Below, piece after piece: positions 44,685 through 55,413 of a stretch of 64,000 bases of DNA; position 1 is the first letter of the stretch; every line of letters starts with the position of its first letter. Under the pieces are notes generated by a model. The model ran no database searches. It was not told where the DNA came from and saw only the letters and a program-made list of their open reading frames with translations. The position numbers were made by a program, and so were the translations under genes. Where the stretch lies: positions 13,592-77,591 of the forward strand of contig JAGXIW010000008.1 in assembly GCA_024635475.1 (NCBI GenBank), read 5' to 3'. Source of the stretch: a bacterium. GTDB lineage: Bacteria > Patescibacteriota > Gracilibacteria > BD1-5 > UBA6164.

Positions 44685-44945
44685 AATTTATAAGGTTATA
44701 ATTAAGTATTTTTTAATGTTTTGGAAGTTATCTTGGGAAAAGAAAAGGAATATTTTAGCTAACTACTCTTTATCTGAACTTATACCTGCTTTTATTCTAA
44801 AATAGAATAATATGCGAACTAAATTTAATAAAAAGCAATTATTAATCTTATTATAATTATTATAGAAAATAATCAAAAATATTTCTTAATTACCTCTTAA
44901 TCAATATAATTAAAATAAAGATAAATAATTTCTAATTATTTTACA

Positions 44946-45608
44946 ATGAGAGTTTTAGTAATAGAAGACAATGAAATACTATCAAGAAATCTAGTTAGAT
45001 ACTTGATTTCTCGTGATATATTTGCTGAGGCTGCATTGGTTTGAGATGATTGACTCAAAAAAGCTATATCAAAGTATTATGATATAGTGATTTTGGATAT
45101 AAATTTGCCATGAATAAATTGACTTGAGATATGTAAACAAATTAGAGAAAGAGAAAAAGATGTATCTATAATTATGCTGACATCTAGATGAACAAAAGAA
45201 GATATAATAGAGTGATTAAATATATGAGCCGATGATTATCTTGTAAAACCATTTGAATACGATGAGCTTCTAGCTAGAATGAATGCAATTCTAAGAAGAA
45301 AAATGAAAAATAGTAGTAATACTCTGATAAAAATAGATAATATAGAGCTTGATTTACAAAAACTTGAAGTTACAAAAAACTGAGAAATTATACAATTATC
45401 AAAACTTGAATATGATTTGTTCAAATATCTTGCACAAAACAGATGAGTTGCACTCTCAAGAAATGAAATCTATGAAAAAGTATGGTGAGAATTTCAAGTT
45501 GATTTTATGTTTAGTAAGACAATAGATGTGTATATAGGATATCTAAGAAAAAAACTAGGAAAAGATCTAATAGAAACAAAAAAATGATTTTGATTTTTGA
45601 TTAGATAG
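44946..45608 (+). CDS. OmpR-family response regulator
   Basis: 220 aa. MRVLVIEDN, ILDINLPGINGLE, LTSRG, ADDYLVKPF, and a winged-helix output domain (LSKLEYDLFKYLAQNRGVALSRNEIYEKVWG...TIDVYIGYLRKKL). Confidence 0.9.
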
Positions 45609-45617
45609 GAAGTAAGC

Positions 45618-45708
45618 ATGTTATTCTGAATGAAATGAAGAATCCCTTAAACTTAGTTTATTGTATATACATCGCTAAAGGGATCCTTCGTAAAAACTCA
45701 GGATGACA
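45618..45708. repeat. Palindromic intergenic repeat element, copy 3 (complete hairpin) between response-regulator and kinase genes
   Basis: ATGTTATTCTGAATGAAATGAAGAATCCCTTAAAC...CGCTAAAGGGATCCTTCGTAAAAACTCAGGATGACAA. GAAGAATCCCTTAA pairs with CTAAAGGGATCCTTC, and TTATTCTGA(A/G) pairs with CTCAGGATGAC. Confidence 0.8.
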
Positions 45709-45765
45709 AAAATCTTTTGCTTACTTTTCTAATTCAAAAGTAAAACTAAATTAATCTTTATTCTT

Positions 45766-47031
45766 ATGAACAATAATTTAAAACAAACAAAAATAATACT
45801 TACTATTATGTTTTCTGTAATAGTTTTTTGTCTTGTGCTTTTTTTGGGACTTATTTTTTTCACTTGAAAATATTACAAAGAAGAACAACTTGAGAAAAAT
45901 GATTTCAATAATTTTATTACATTTATTGAGAATGATAGTTTTGATATAGATGATTTTGTTTATTCTTTTAATAGAATTAGGAAAAATATATTTAAAAAAT
46001 GAGTAAATATTTGAATGCCTATTATAGAAATAGAAGAAGTTAATGAAAAAAGAAAATTTAATTCACAGAACTTTATAAATTTTATATTAATTGATAGTAA
46101 TAAAAAAGTTATTGCAAGTGATATAAGAGATGAAGTACAAAGTGATTTATTTTCAGATGTGTTAACCAATGATAAATACCTTGAAATTACTAAAAAATCA
46201 GAATTTCTAATAAAAAAAATAAATATAGAAAAATCGAAAAATACTCTTATATTATTTAAAAAAATAAGATACTGTTTTGGCGATTATTTATCTGATTTAT
46301 TAGGTTTCATATTTATTAGTTTATTATTTTCTATACTTTTATATATAGTTTGATATAATTTTGTTGATAAGATTTTAAAACCAATAGAAACAAATATAAA
46401 GGATATGAAAGATTTTATACACAATGTATGACATGAATTAAAAACTCCACTTTCAGTAATTCACTCAGATATACAGCTTATAAATGATACGAAAAAATAT
46501 GACAAAGAAATGACTATGGAGTTGAAAAAAGAAGTTATAAGATTAAATTCATTGATTGATTCACTTATAAATTTAACAGATATAGATTCTAGAAAGATTT
46601 CAGAAAGTATAAATTTATTAGATTTAATAAATGAGATAATCAAGGATTTTAATAGTAAATTATCGGAAAAAAATATAGAAACAAAAATAACTATCACAAA
46701 AAGTATAATTGTAAAAGCTAACAGAGATTATTTGTATATATTTTTATCAAACTTAATTTGAAATGCTATAAAGTACAATAAACAAGATTGAAAAATAGAT
46801 ATTTCTTATAAATCAGGCGAGCTTACGATTAGAGATTCTTGAATTTGAATAGAAAAATCAGATTTACCAAAGATTTTTGATAGATTTTTTAAGTGAGACA
46901 AGTCAAGAAGTACCGAATGATTTGGTATAGGATTGTCACTTGTAAAGAAAATCGCAGATTTATATAAATGGAAAATAAAATTTGAAAGTGAAGATTGAGA
47001 TGGGACAAAAGTGAAGATAAAATATAATTAA
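45766..47031 (+). CDS. Sensor histidine kinase (HisKA + HATPase_c)
   Basis: 421 aa. Two TM helices bracket a ~150 aa extracytoplasmic region. H-box FIHNVGHELKTPLS, N-box LIGNAIKYN, G1 IRDSGIGI, G2 GFGIGLSLVKKIA. Confidence 0.9.
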
Positions 47032-47037
47032 TCGGGT

Positions 47038-47865
47038 TTATTTTTTAAGTCAATTAAAACAATTTCAGTTATCTCAAAGATTTTGGGTGTATCTGATATC
47101 TCATACAAATCAATTTTCAATAAATAAAAATCATTTATGTAATAAAGAACATAATCAAGAGTTGTTGATATATAAATTTTTTTCAAATGTACCAACGATT
47201 TTTCAGCTATACAAATCTATAATTTGTCATTTTATTTGATTTTTATTAATCTGTACTGATTTATAATATCTTTGAATAAATAAATCAGAACTAGAATTTA
47301 TTATTCAGACGATAGTATTGTTTTTTAAAGTACTTATATTGTCAACATAAATGTGTATTCAAACTTTTACAAAAAATATAATTAACATATATATTGAAAT
47401 AATTTTTATAATTTTATTTCATATATTTTTAAGTACTTTTAATAAAAATATTAAAAACAACAAATAAATAGGAAAAAACATAGGTTCAATTACATATGTG
47501 TATAAATTTAATGAGTAATAAGTCTTTGATAATGGCCAAAATAAAGGAATTCCCCAGATAAGAATTGTATCAAAAAACAAATGAAGTAGAATTCAACTAA
47601 GGCATATTATAAATATTGTTTTGAATCTAATTTCTTTTTTAAAGATGTAAAAAAATAAAATCGAAAGTAAAGCTGAGATAAAAGGACTCATTAATAGAGA
47701 ATGAGTTAATACTCTGTGTAAGTTATAATTATTATAACTCCAAATTATATCTATATCAGGAAAAATAGAAGTTATTAAAAATATAGTTAATATTTTTTTT
47801 GAATTAACATCAAAAAAGTTTTTTTTGAGAAGATATCAACTAATTGTATGAGTAAAAATATCCAT
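47038..47865 (-). CDS. YdjM/DUF457-like membrane-bound metal-dependent hydrolase
   Basis: 275 aa. MDIFTHTISGY, FPDIDIIW, HRVLTHSLL, LLHLFFD, the His/Asp signature of the family, followed by an unrecognised ~100 aa C-terminal domain. Confidence 0.6.
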
Positions 47866-47949
47866 TTATAAAAATAATTATATAAAAACAGTTTTATATA
47901 ATTATTTCATATATTGCAAAATTTGTAAAATAAAAAATTATTTAAGTTA

Positions 47950-48822
47950 TTAAGTTGCTTTATTTGTTTGTCTTGTGTATTCCAAAATTTCTTTTACTCC
48001 AATTTTTACAATTTTTCTATCAGGTGTAAAATCAATTTCTTTTGATTTTTTCTCATAATCTAAGTCATATAATATTGATTTTAATAAATTGATAAGTCAT
48101 AATTCCTCATTTTCAGTATTAATAAGAGTGAAAGGGACTCAGGCTTTATCATATATTATTGCTAATCTTCCTATTTCTCTTTTGATTTGATCGTATTTTT
48201 CTAATGCTTTTGCATCAGATTCTGAATAACGAAATTTTCTTAAAGGATCTCATTTTCTTTTATTTAGTCTCTGTTCTTGAACTTCTTTTGAAATATAAAA
48301 GAAAAAATTTTGTAGATTATATCAACCTTCTGAAAATCTACCTAATTCAGATTCCAATTTTTGCATATAATTTTTATATTGTCTTTCAGAACAGTATTTA
48401 TATATATTTTGAACTAGAGCCCTATTGTTCCATGTTCTATCAAAAACAACAGTTTTTCACTTTCATGGAAAATATTTTTCATATAATTTTGTTATCATCA
48501 TTCTTAATTCATTTTTAGTTGGAACTCATAATGATACTCTTGAAACTATATTATTATCATAAACGGTACTTGCACTAGTGATTCTTTCTGAAAATTTTGT
48601 TTTACATGAAGTATCAAATCAATCAATTCAAACAACTCTTGATTCTTTCTCAAGAATATTATGAATTATTAATTTTTTAAATTCATACACTAATCTATCA
48701 GTTTCATCTATATCATATTCATCAATTTTTGTATTTGGAATATCTTCAACAGATTTTGACATATCAATTTTTGCTTTTTCAAGCTGTTTTTTTATTGTAT
48801 CTCTTGTTATACTACTTTGCAT
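47950..48822 (-). CDS. Polyphosphate kinase 2 (PPK2)-family protein with a degenerate Walker A
   Basis: 290 aa. Collinear with PPK2: VVFDRTWNNRALVQNIY (DRSWYNRAGVE), NLQNFFFYISKEVQEQRLNKRKGDPLRKFRYSESD (KYWFSVSDEEQERRFQARIDDPTKRWKLSPMD), VPFTLINTENEELG. The P-loop position reads GIDGFDTSCKTKF instead of GRDAAGKGGT. Confidence 0.65.
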
Positions 48823-48954
48823 ATATTAAATTAAATATTAATAAAGTAGATTATAGATATAATTAATTAAAAGTCAATAGAAAATAAAAAAATATTTAAT
48901 CTTTAAAAAATAAATAAATATAATTAATAAACTTAATTATTAAAAAATAAAAAT

Positions 48955-50133
48955 ATGAAAAAACTATTTACTCTAATATTAGCCATTTTTTTCTTGTTTT
49001 CTCTAAATGTAAATGCTTATTCAATAATGAATGTGTCAAATAATTCTGTAAAATACGAAAAACTATTTAAACAGAAAATAAATTTGTGAAAATTGAGTTT
49101 TATTAAATTAAAAAAACTTAGCAAACAAATAGAAGCTTTGGTAACTAATACTGAAAAAGATGAGAAAAAAAGTGATGAGAAAAAAGAAGTGTTATTATGA
49201 AAACTCATAGCATTAAACAATATAATTAATGATGAGTTGATAAAAAGAGAAGTAAATTCAAGTTTAGTTATAACAATTATAGATGACAAGAGATGTACTA
49301 ATTGTATGTCTACAGAAATAGTATCTCAATTAAAATTACTCCCATTTTTTCAGGATTTTGGTTATGTAGAAAAAGACTTTAGTGATACTTGAGTTTCTGA
49401 TTATCTAAAACAAAATGATATCAAAAAATTGCCAGTAGTAATAATTTCAACAAATAAAATAAATGATGATTGACAAATGCAACAATATCTTAAAGAATTA
49501 AAAGATAAACAATATTATTTAGAAGTATGAGCAAAATTTGATCCATTTAATAGATCATCTAAATGATATTTAGTTTTGGATAAAGAAGTTTTAAATCAAA
49601 TTAAAACAAACACATATCTAAAATGAAATAAAGATGCTAAAATATCTTGGATAGAGTATAGTGATTTAGAGTGTCCTTTTTGTGCAAAACTAGATAATAG
49701 TGATGTTCCTACAAAGATAAAAGAAAATTATGGAGATAAAGTAAATATATATTTTAATCATTTTCCTTTAGAATTCCATAAAAATGCAATGGATTGAGCT
49801 AGAATTGCTGAGTGTATAGCAGAGCAAAAATGAGCAGATGCTTATTATGGTTTAATTGAAAAATCATTTAAAGAAGAAAATTCTGATAAAGATTTTTTGA
49901 TAGAAGAAGCTGTAAAATTGGGAGCTGATAAAGATAGTTTAAATAAATGTATAACTGACAGAAAATATGATAAAAAAATAACTGAACAAAAATCATTTTG
50001 AAGCTCAACTTTTGGGATTTCGTGAACTCCTGCAAGTATTTTAATCAATAATGATACTTGAGAATATGAAGTAATATCTTGAGCTTATCCGTTTTCATCA
50101 TTTGAAATAACAATTGATAAATTATTAAAGTAA
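48955..50133 (+). CDS. Secreted DsbA-family thiol:disulfide oxidoreductase with an N-terminal extension
   Basis: 392 aa. Signal peptide; thioredoxin-fold C-terminal half with SWIEYSDLECPFCAK (CPFC active site), HFPLEFHKNA, FGISGTPASIL. Confidence 0.75.
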
Positions 50134-50138
50134 TATTT

Positions 50139-51110
50139 ATGCCACAAATAATTATAAAAGATCTTGAAAAAGATTTTAAGGTAGAAATAAAAAAATCGTG
50201 ATTTATTAATAGAATTAAATCAATTTTTTCTCCTGAGTATAAACAAATAAAGGCAGTTTCTTGAATAAATCTAGAAATAAAACCAGGTGAAAAAATAGCA
50301 TTTTTATGACCAAATTGAGCTGGTAAATCTACAACGATTAAGATGCTTACTTGAATATTATCAAAAACTTCTTGAGAAATAAAAGTACTTTGACTTGATC
50401 CAGAAAGAGATAGAAGTAAACTCGTTTATCAGATCTGAGCTGTATTTGGTCAGATTTCTAGGTTATGGTATCACTTAACAGCAAAAGATACTTTTTTACT
50501 TTTCTCTAAGATATTTGATATCAAAAAAGAAGATTATGAAAAAAGAATAGATTATTTGATTAAAGAATTTGAAATACAAGAATTTTTAAATACTCCTGTA
50601 AGAAAGTTATCTCTATGACAAAGAATGAGATGTGAAGTCGTTGCTAGTCTAATTCATAATCCTAAAATATTATTTTTAGATGAACCAACTATCTGACTTG
50701 ATATAATAGCAAAGCAAAAACTCAGAGATATAATAAATAAGATAAATAAAGAAGAAAATACAACTATATTTTTAACTTCTCATGATTTATGAGATATAGA
50801 GGAGATTTGTGATAGAGTTGTTATTATAAATTATTGAAAAATTATTTATGATTGAGATATAAAAGAACTTAAAAAGAAGCATATAAAAACAAAAATAATC
50901 AAAGTTAAGTTTGAAAAAACATATAATCATTTTGATTTTATTGATGATGTAAAAATTTTGAACAATACTTGAAATTATTTAGAAATGCAAATAGAGAATA
51001 AAAAAGAAAGATTGGCTTCTATATTGGAAATATTATCAAAAAATTATCCTTTTGAAGATATAACAATAACAGAACCGAGTATGGAGAATATTATAAAAAC
51101 TTTTTACTAA
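50139..51110 (+). CDS. ABC transporter ATP-binding protein (ABC-2 exporter type)
   Basis: 323 aa. Walker A FLGPNGAGKSTT, signature LSLGQRMR, Walker B ILFLDEPTIGLD, H-loop LTSHD. Confidence 0.9.
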
Positions 51111-51114
51111 AATT

Positions 51115-51906
51115 ATGAAAAAAATATTATCTATACTTTTTACAGCATACAAAAGCTATATAGTTTATATTCATGATATTATTTGATTAAATCTGATTTT
51201 GATACTGAGGTTGATAGTAATCATAACATTATACAAATATCTTTATGCAAATTATTCTAGTGATGATTTAATAAAAGGATATACATTAACTCAGATAACA
51301 TATGCAGTTATAATCGCTCAAGTTGTTTCTTCTTCAAAACCAAGAATCATAGATGAAGTAAGTAATGATGTAAAAACAGGAAAAGTAAGTGTGTATTTAC
51401 TTAATCCTATAAATTATATTGTGTTTAAGTTTTTAGAGTTTTTCCCAGTTTTTATTCAAAATGTATGATTTGGACTTATCTTTGGCTGACTTGTTTGATT
51501 TTTGATGATTGGTAGTTTTCCAATTACTTTAGCTTGATTTTTTGGATGATTACTACTTTTAATTTGATCAATGTTGGTAGTATTTTTTTCTTATACTTTT
51601 ATAGCAATATTAGCTTTCTATACCGAAGATGTAGAAGCTTTTAGATTTATATATGCTAAGTTTGATATGATTTTTTGATGAAATATATTACCAATTCCTT
51701 TTTTGCCTTGATTTCTTCAAACTATAGCTTATTTATCGCCATTTGCATATTTTTGATATACTTCTTGACTTGTATTTGTATCTTTTGACTTAATTCTTTT
51801 TTTAAAATATCTATCTATACAATTATTTTGGCTTATACTTACGATATTTGCTTGTATAATTCTTTTTTCTAAAGCAAGTAAAAAACTTACAATAAACTGA
51901 TGATAA
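51115..51906 (+). CDS. ABC-2 family transporter permease
   Basis: 263 aa, ~6 TM helices. Starts 4 nt after the ATPase stop and ends ...TINGG* (two TGA then TAA). Confidence 0.65.
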
Positions 51907-51938
51907 GACTTTTTCATTTTTAATTTTTTCTACTATTT

Positions 51939-52724
51939 ATGCAAACATTGAAACTTATATTACATTTTTGGAGATTGAATCTATTGTCAGCTATGGAATA
52001 TAAAATGAGTTTTATAATTCAAGTTGTATGAATTATTATAAATGATTCTATGTTTATTTTGATTTGGGTATTTTTCTTTAGTATATTCAATACATTATGA
52101 TGACTTGATATATGACAATTTGCTATTTTACTTTCTATAATGGTTATGGTATTTTGAATTATGCATACTTTTTTAAATTGATACTCAAAAATCTGAATTA
52201 TGATAGAAGATGGAAGACTAGATAATTATATGCTTTTACCTAAAAGTTTACTAATAAAACTTATTGTAAGTTCTATGATGATATCAGCAATTTGAGATAT
52301 AATTTATTCTTTTTTACTTATGTTTTTGATTCCTAATCTAACTGTGTTTATGGTATTTGAAATTGTATTTCTATCTATTATTGGAGCTTTTACATTTTTA
52401 TGATTTTTACTTATATTTGTTTCTTTGACTTTTTATATATGAAGTAGTAGAAATATGATTAGATGAATTTTTGAAGCCATACTTTGACCAAGTCATTATC
52501 CTCCTTGAATTTTTGAATGAACTATACTAAAATACATATTTATGAGTATAATCCCTGTTTATTATGTAGTATTTTGACAATTTGAACTTGTATTAAATTT
52601 TAGTTGGTTATTACTTTTTAAATTGATTATATGAAGTATATTTTTTCTCTCTTTATGAACTTTTGTGTTTTATAGATGATTAAAAAGATATGAAAGCGGG
52701 AATATGATAAATGTAAATTTATAA
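51939..52724 (+). CDS. ABC-2 family transporter permease (second subunit)
   Basis: 261 aa, ~6 TM helices. Co-directional with the ATPase and first permease. Confidence 0.6.
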
Positions 52725-52771
52725 TCTAAATGAAAGAAAAGTTTTTAACATCTGTATAATAATTAATTATG

Positions 52772-52782
52772 AGAATTATTCT
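52772..52782. promoter_or_regulatory. Candidate operator palindrome AGAAT-T-ATTCT upstream of the Fur-family gene
   Basis: An 11-bp perfect palindrome lies ~125 nt upstream of the ATG at 52908. A related half-site AAGAATTATTA is at 52827-52837. Confidence 0.3.
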
Positions 52783-52907
52783 TATAAAGATAAAACACTC
52801 GTTTATTATAAAGTAAAAATTAAAATAAGAATTATTATTATTTTAATTTGATTTTAGATATTTTTTATTTATTATTAGGTTTAATATTAGTTTTTAAAAA
52901 AATAATT

Positions 52908-53252
52908 ATGAAAACTCATGCTTATTTATTAGATATAAAAGAAATTTGTAGAGAAAAGCATTTAACTGTTGATGAAATTTTTGAAAAATTAAAAAAAACA
53001 TATCCAAAAGTAGGGAGGTCAACAGTTTATAGAAATGTTGATGAGATGACAAAGTTGGGAGTTCTTACAAAAATTATTTGAATAAAAGATAAAGCTCTGT
53101 ATGAATTAATAGGAGAAAATCATATTCATTTGATTGATACAGAATCTGGATATATAAGGGATTTAGGCATTGATAATATCAATATTCCAGGAATTCCATA
53201 TAATTTTACTGTTGATTATATGAATGTAGATATTTATGGAAAATTTAATTAA
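52908..53252 (+). CDS. Fur-family transcriptional regulator (short, lacks C-terminal Cys motifs)
   Basis: 114 aa from the internal ATG of track ORF 52848-53081, read through TGA 53082-53084. HLTVDEIFEKLKKTYPKVGRSTVYRNVDEMTKLGVLTKI is the Fur winged-helix pattern, followed by ENHIHLID. Confidence 0.7.
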
Positions 53253-53283
53253 TAAAAAAAACTTGATTTTTTTTTATTTTTTT

Positions 53284-53299
53284 TAGAATAACTATTCTA
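53284..53299. promoter_or_regulatory. Candidate operator palindrome TAGAATA-AC-TATTCTA upstream of the atp operon
   Basis: A 7+7 inverted repeat sharing the AGAAT/ATTCT half-site. It lies ~18 nt upstream of the ATG at 53317. Confidence 0.3.
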
Positions 53300-53316
53300 A
53301 AATATAAAAATATTAT

Positions 53317-53514
53317 ATGTTAAAAACATTTTTAAAAATAAATATTATATTGTTAGTAAATTTATTTGCTTTTTTATTGGTTTGACATATACTTGACGAA
53401 ATTTTTTCGGAAGAATTTATGTTTAAATTAATCTTTGTGGTGCTATCTATAGTACCTTTGGTTTTATACATGATTTATTATATTAGAAAGAAATCTAAAA
53501 ATGACAGAAAATAA
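53317..53514 (+). CDS. Small 2-TM membrane protein at the head of the atp operon (AtpI/AtpZ-position)
   Basis: 65 aa with two hydrophobic helices. Overlaps the atpB start by 14 nt. The call is based on position only. Confidence 0.45.
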
Positions 53515-54334
53515 TAATGAAAATACTACAGAAGTTCATGTAGGACCACATATTCCAGCTATACAGTGAGAACAAGTTAGTTGATTGATAACAAATACTA
53601 TAATTACTACCAGTATATTTTTTGTTATTATTTTAATTGTTTCTATTTTATGAAATAAAGCTTTAAAAAGTGAAAAAAAATCAAAATTAAAATTATTTTT
53701 TATTAATTTTGTATGATTTTTTGATAAATATTTAACGGATTCTTTTTGAAGTAAGAAATTTGCTCGTAATTATTATGCAACTGTCGTAGGTATTTTTTCT
53801 ATAATATTTTTCTGAAACTTATTTTGACTTATTATTGACTGGTTAGGGGCTTGAGTTTCTCCAACTATTTTGACTTATTTAAGACCAATGAATTCAGATC
53901 CAAATACAACTTTTGTTTTAGCTTTTATTACTATAGCTATGTTTGTATGAGTTTGAATTAAAACACATTGATTTACATCTACAACTAAATGATATTGTTT
54001 CAATTTTTCTTGAGAGAATCTTTGAATGAAGCTTATAAATGTATTTGTATGATGGTTACATCTGATTTGACTTCCTTCTAGTTTAGCATCTCTATCATTA
54101 AGACTTTTTTGAAATATATTTGCATGAATAGTATTGATTTGAGTAATTACTTTCCTATGAGAGATGGTATCTAATGCCGTATTTTGAGATAAAATGTTTT
54201 TTTTAGAAAAAGCAGGTATTTTTCTATCTTTACCTTTTTGGTTTTTTGAAATTTTCGTTGCTTTTATACAAGCGGTAGTTTTTGTTTGACTTATGATAGC
54301 TTATTTTAAACAGGCAAGTGAAGAACACCATTAA
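53501..54334 (+). CDS. atpB: F0F1 ATP synthase subunit a
   Basis: 277 aa. LSLRLFGNIFAG (essential Arg motif), PFWFFEIFVAFIQAVVFVGL. Confidence 0.9.
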
Positions 54335-54487
54335 GAGAATAGAATATAGAATGCAGAATATAGGTATAGAAAAAAATAAAATACAAAATAGAATAAAATA
54401 AAGAATACAAATTAAAGAGTTGAAATTTGAAAATTAGGTTATTTTTATTAAACTTATTTTTCAGTTTTCAGTTCTTTAGGTCTATGT

Positions 54488-54501
54488 AGATCTCGAGATC
54501 T
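54488..54501. promoter_or_regulatory. 14-bp perfect palindrome AGATCTCGAGATCT upstream of atpE
   Basis: The only G/C-containing palindrome in an otherwise A/T spacer. It lies 27 nt upstream of the atpE ATG. Function unknown. Confidence 0.25.
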
Positions 54502-54527
54502 TAATTTTATAATTTAATTTTGTTAAT

Positions 54528-54788
54528 ATGAACGAAATAGTACAAGCATGAGGAACTCAAATAATGGTTTACAAAGAATTATCTATGGCTATTGCTATAG
54601 GATTAGGATCATTTTGACCTGCAATTGGTATTGGTTTGATAGGTAAAGCAGCATTAGAGGCAGTAGGTAGAAATCCTGAAGCTACTGCTAAAATACAATG
54701 ATTAGCTATTCTTTCTATTGCATTTGCTGAAGCTATCGCTATCTATGCTTTAGTTATTGCATTTATAATTTGATTTGTAAAATTATAA
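54528..54788 (+). CDS. atpE: F0F1 ATP synthase subunit c
   Basis: 86 aa. GLGSFGPAIGIGLIGKAALEAVGRNPEA ... LSIAFAEAIAIYALVIAF (the ion-binding Glu is in helix 2). Confidence 0.9.
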
Positions 54789-54890
54789 TTATTAATGAAT
54801 AATGAAAAATTAATAATGAATAATTAAGTTGAAATTTATTTTTAACCAATAGTTATTAATTATTAATTATTAACTATTAATTATGTAAAC

Positions 54891-55370
54891 ATGGATTTAA
54901 AATTTGTTACACCGGATACTTTTGCTATACAGTTTATTATATTACTTTTAGTTATTTGGGTTTTAAATAAGTTTATATTTAAACCTTATTTAGCATATCT
55001 TGATGAATTGGATATAAAACAAAAAAAACTAGAATGAGATTATAAAAATATTGATAAACTTATAAAAGATGCAGAAGTAAAAAGAGAAGATATACTTAAA
55101 AAAGCTAGATTTAAGTGAGATGAGATAATAAATGAAGCTGAAAATATATGAAAAAAGAAAAAAGAAGATATAATCTTTAGAGCAGAAAATGATGCAAAAG
55201 ATTTATTTGAATGAGCTAGAACAGAAATAGAAAAAGAGAGATTATTTATGCTAAATTCTATAAGAACAAATGTTGTAAATCTTGTTATAAAATTAAATTC
55301 AAAATTATTTAAACAAGAAAATATAACTAAAGATTTTATAGAGAAGGAGTTAGATACAATTAAAGTATAA
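54891..55370 (+). CDS. atpF: F0F1 ATP synthase subunit b
   Basis: 159 aa. A single N-terminal TM helix (FIILLLVIWVLNKFIFKP) followed by a long charged helix. Confidence 0.8.
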
Positions 55371-55413
55371 AAAAATCTTAATTTTACATTTTATATTTTA
55401 CATTACTTAAAGT

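Noticed and set aside
38791-44700. The mosaic region could be called a classical genomic island or mobile element.
   Set aside because: No transposase, integrase, tRNA target or clean flanking direct repeats were found. Only composition and codon evidence supports foreign origin, so I report it as probable HGT (or a possible assembly chimera) rather than annotating a mobile_element feature.
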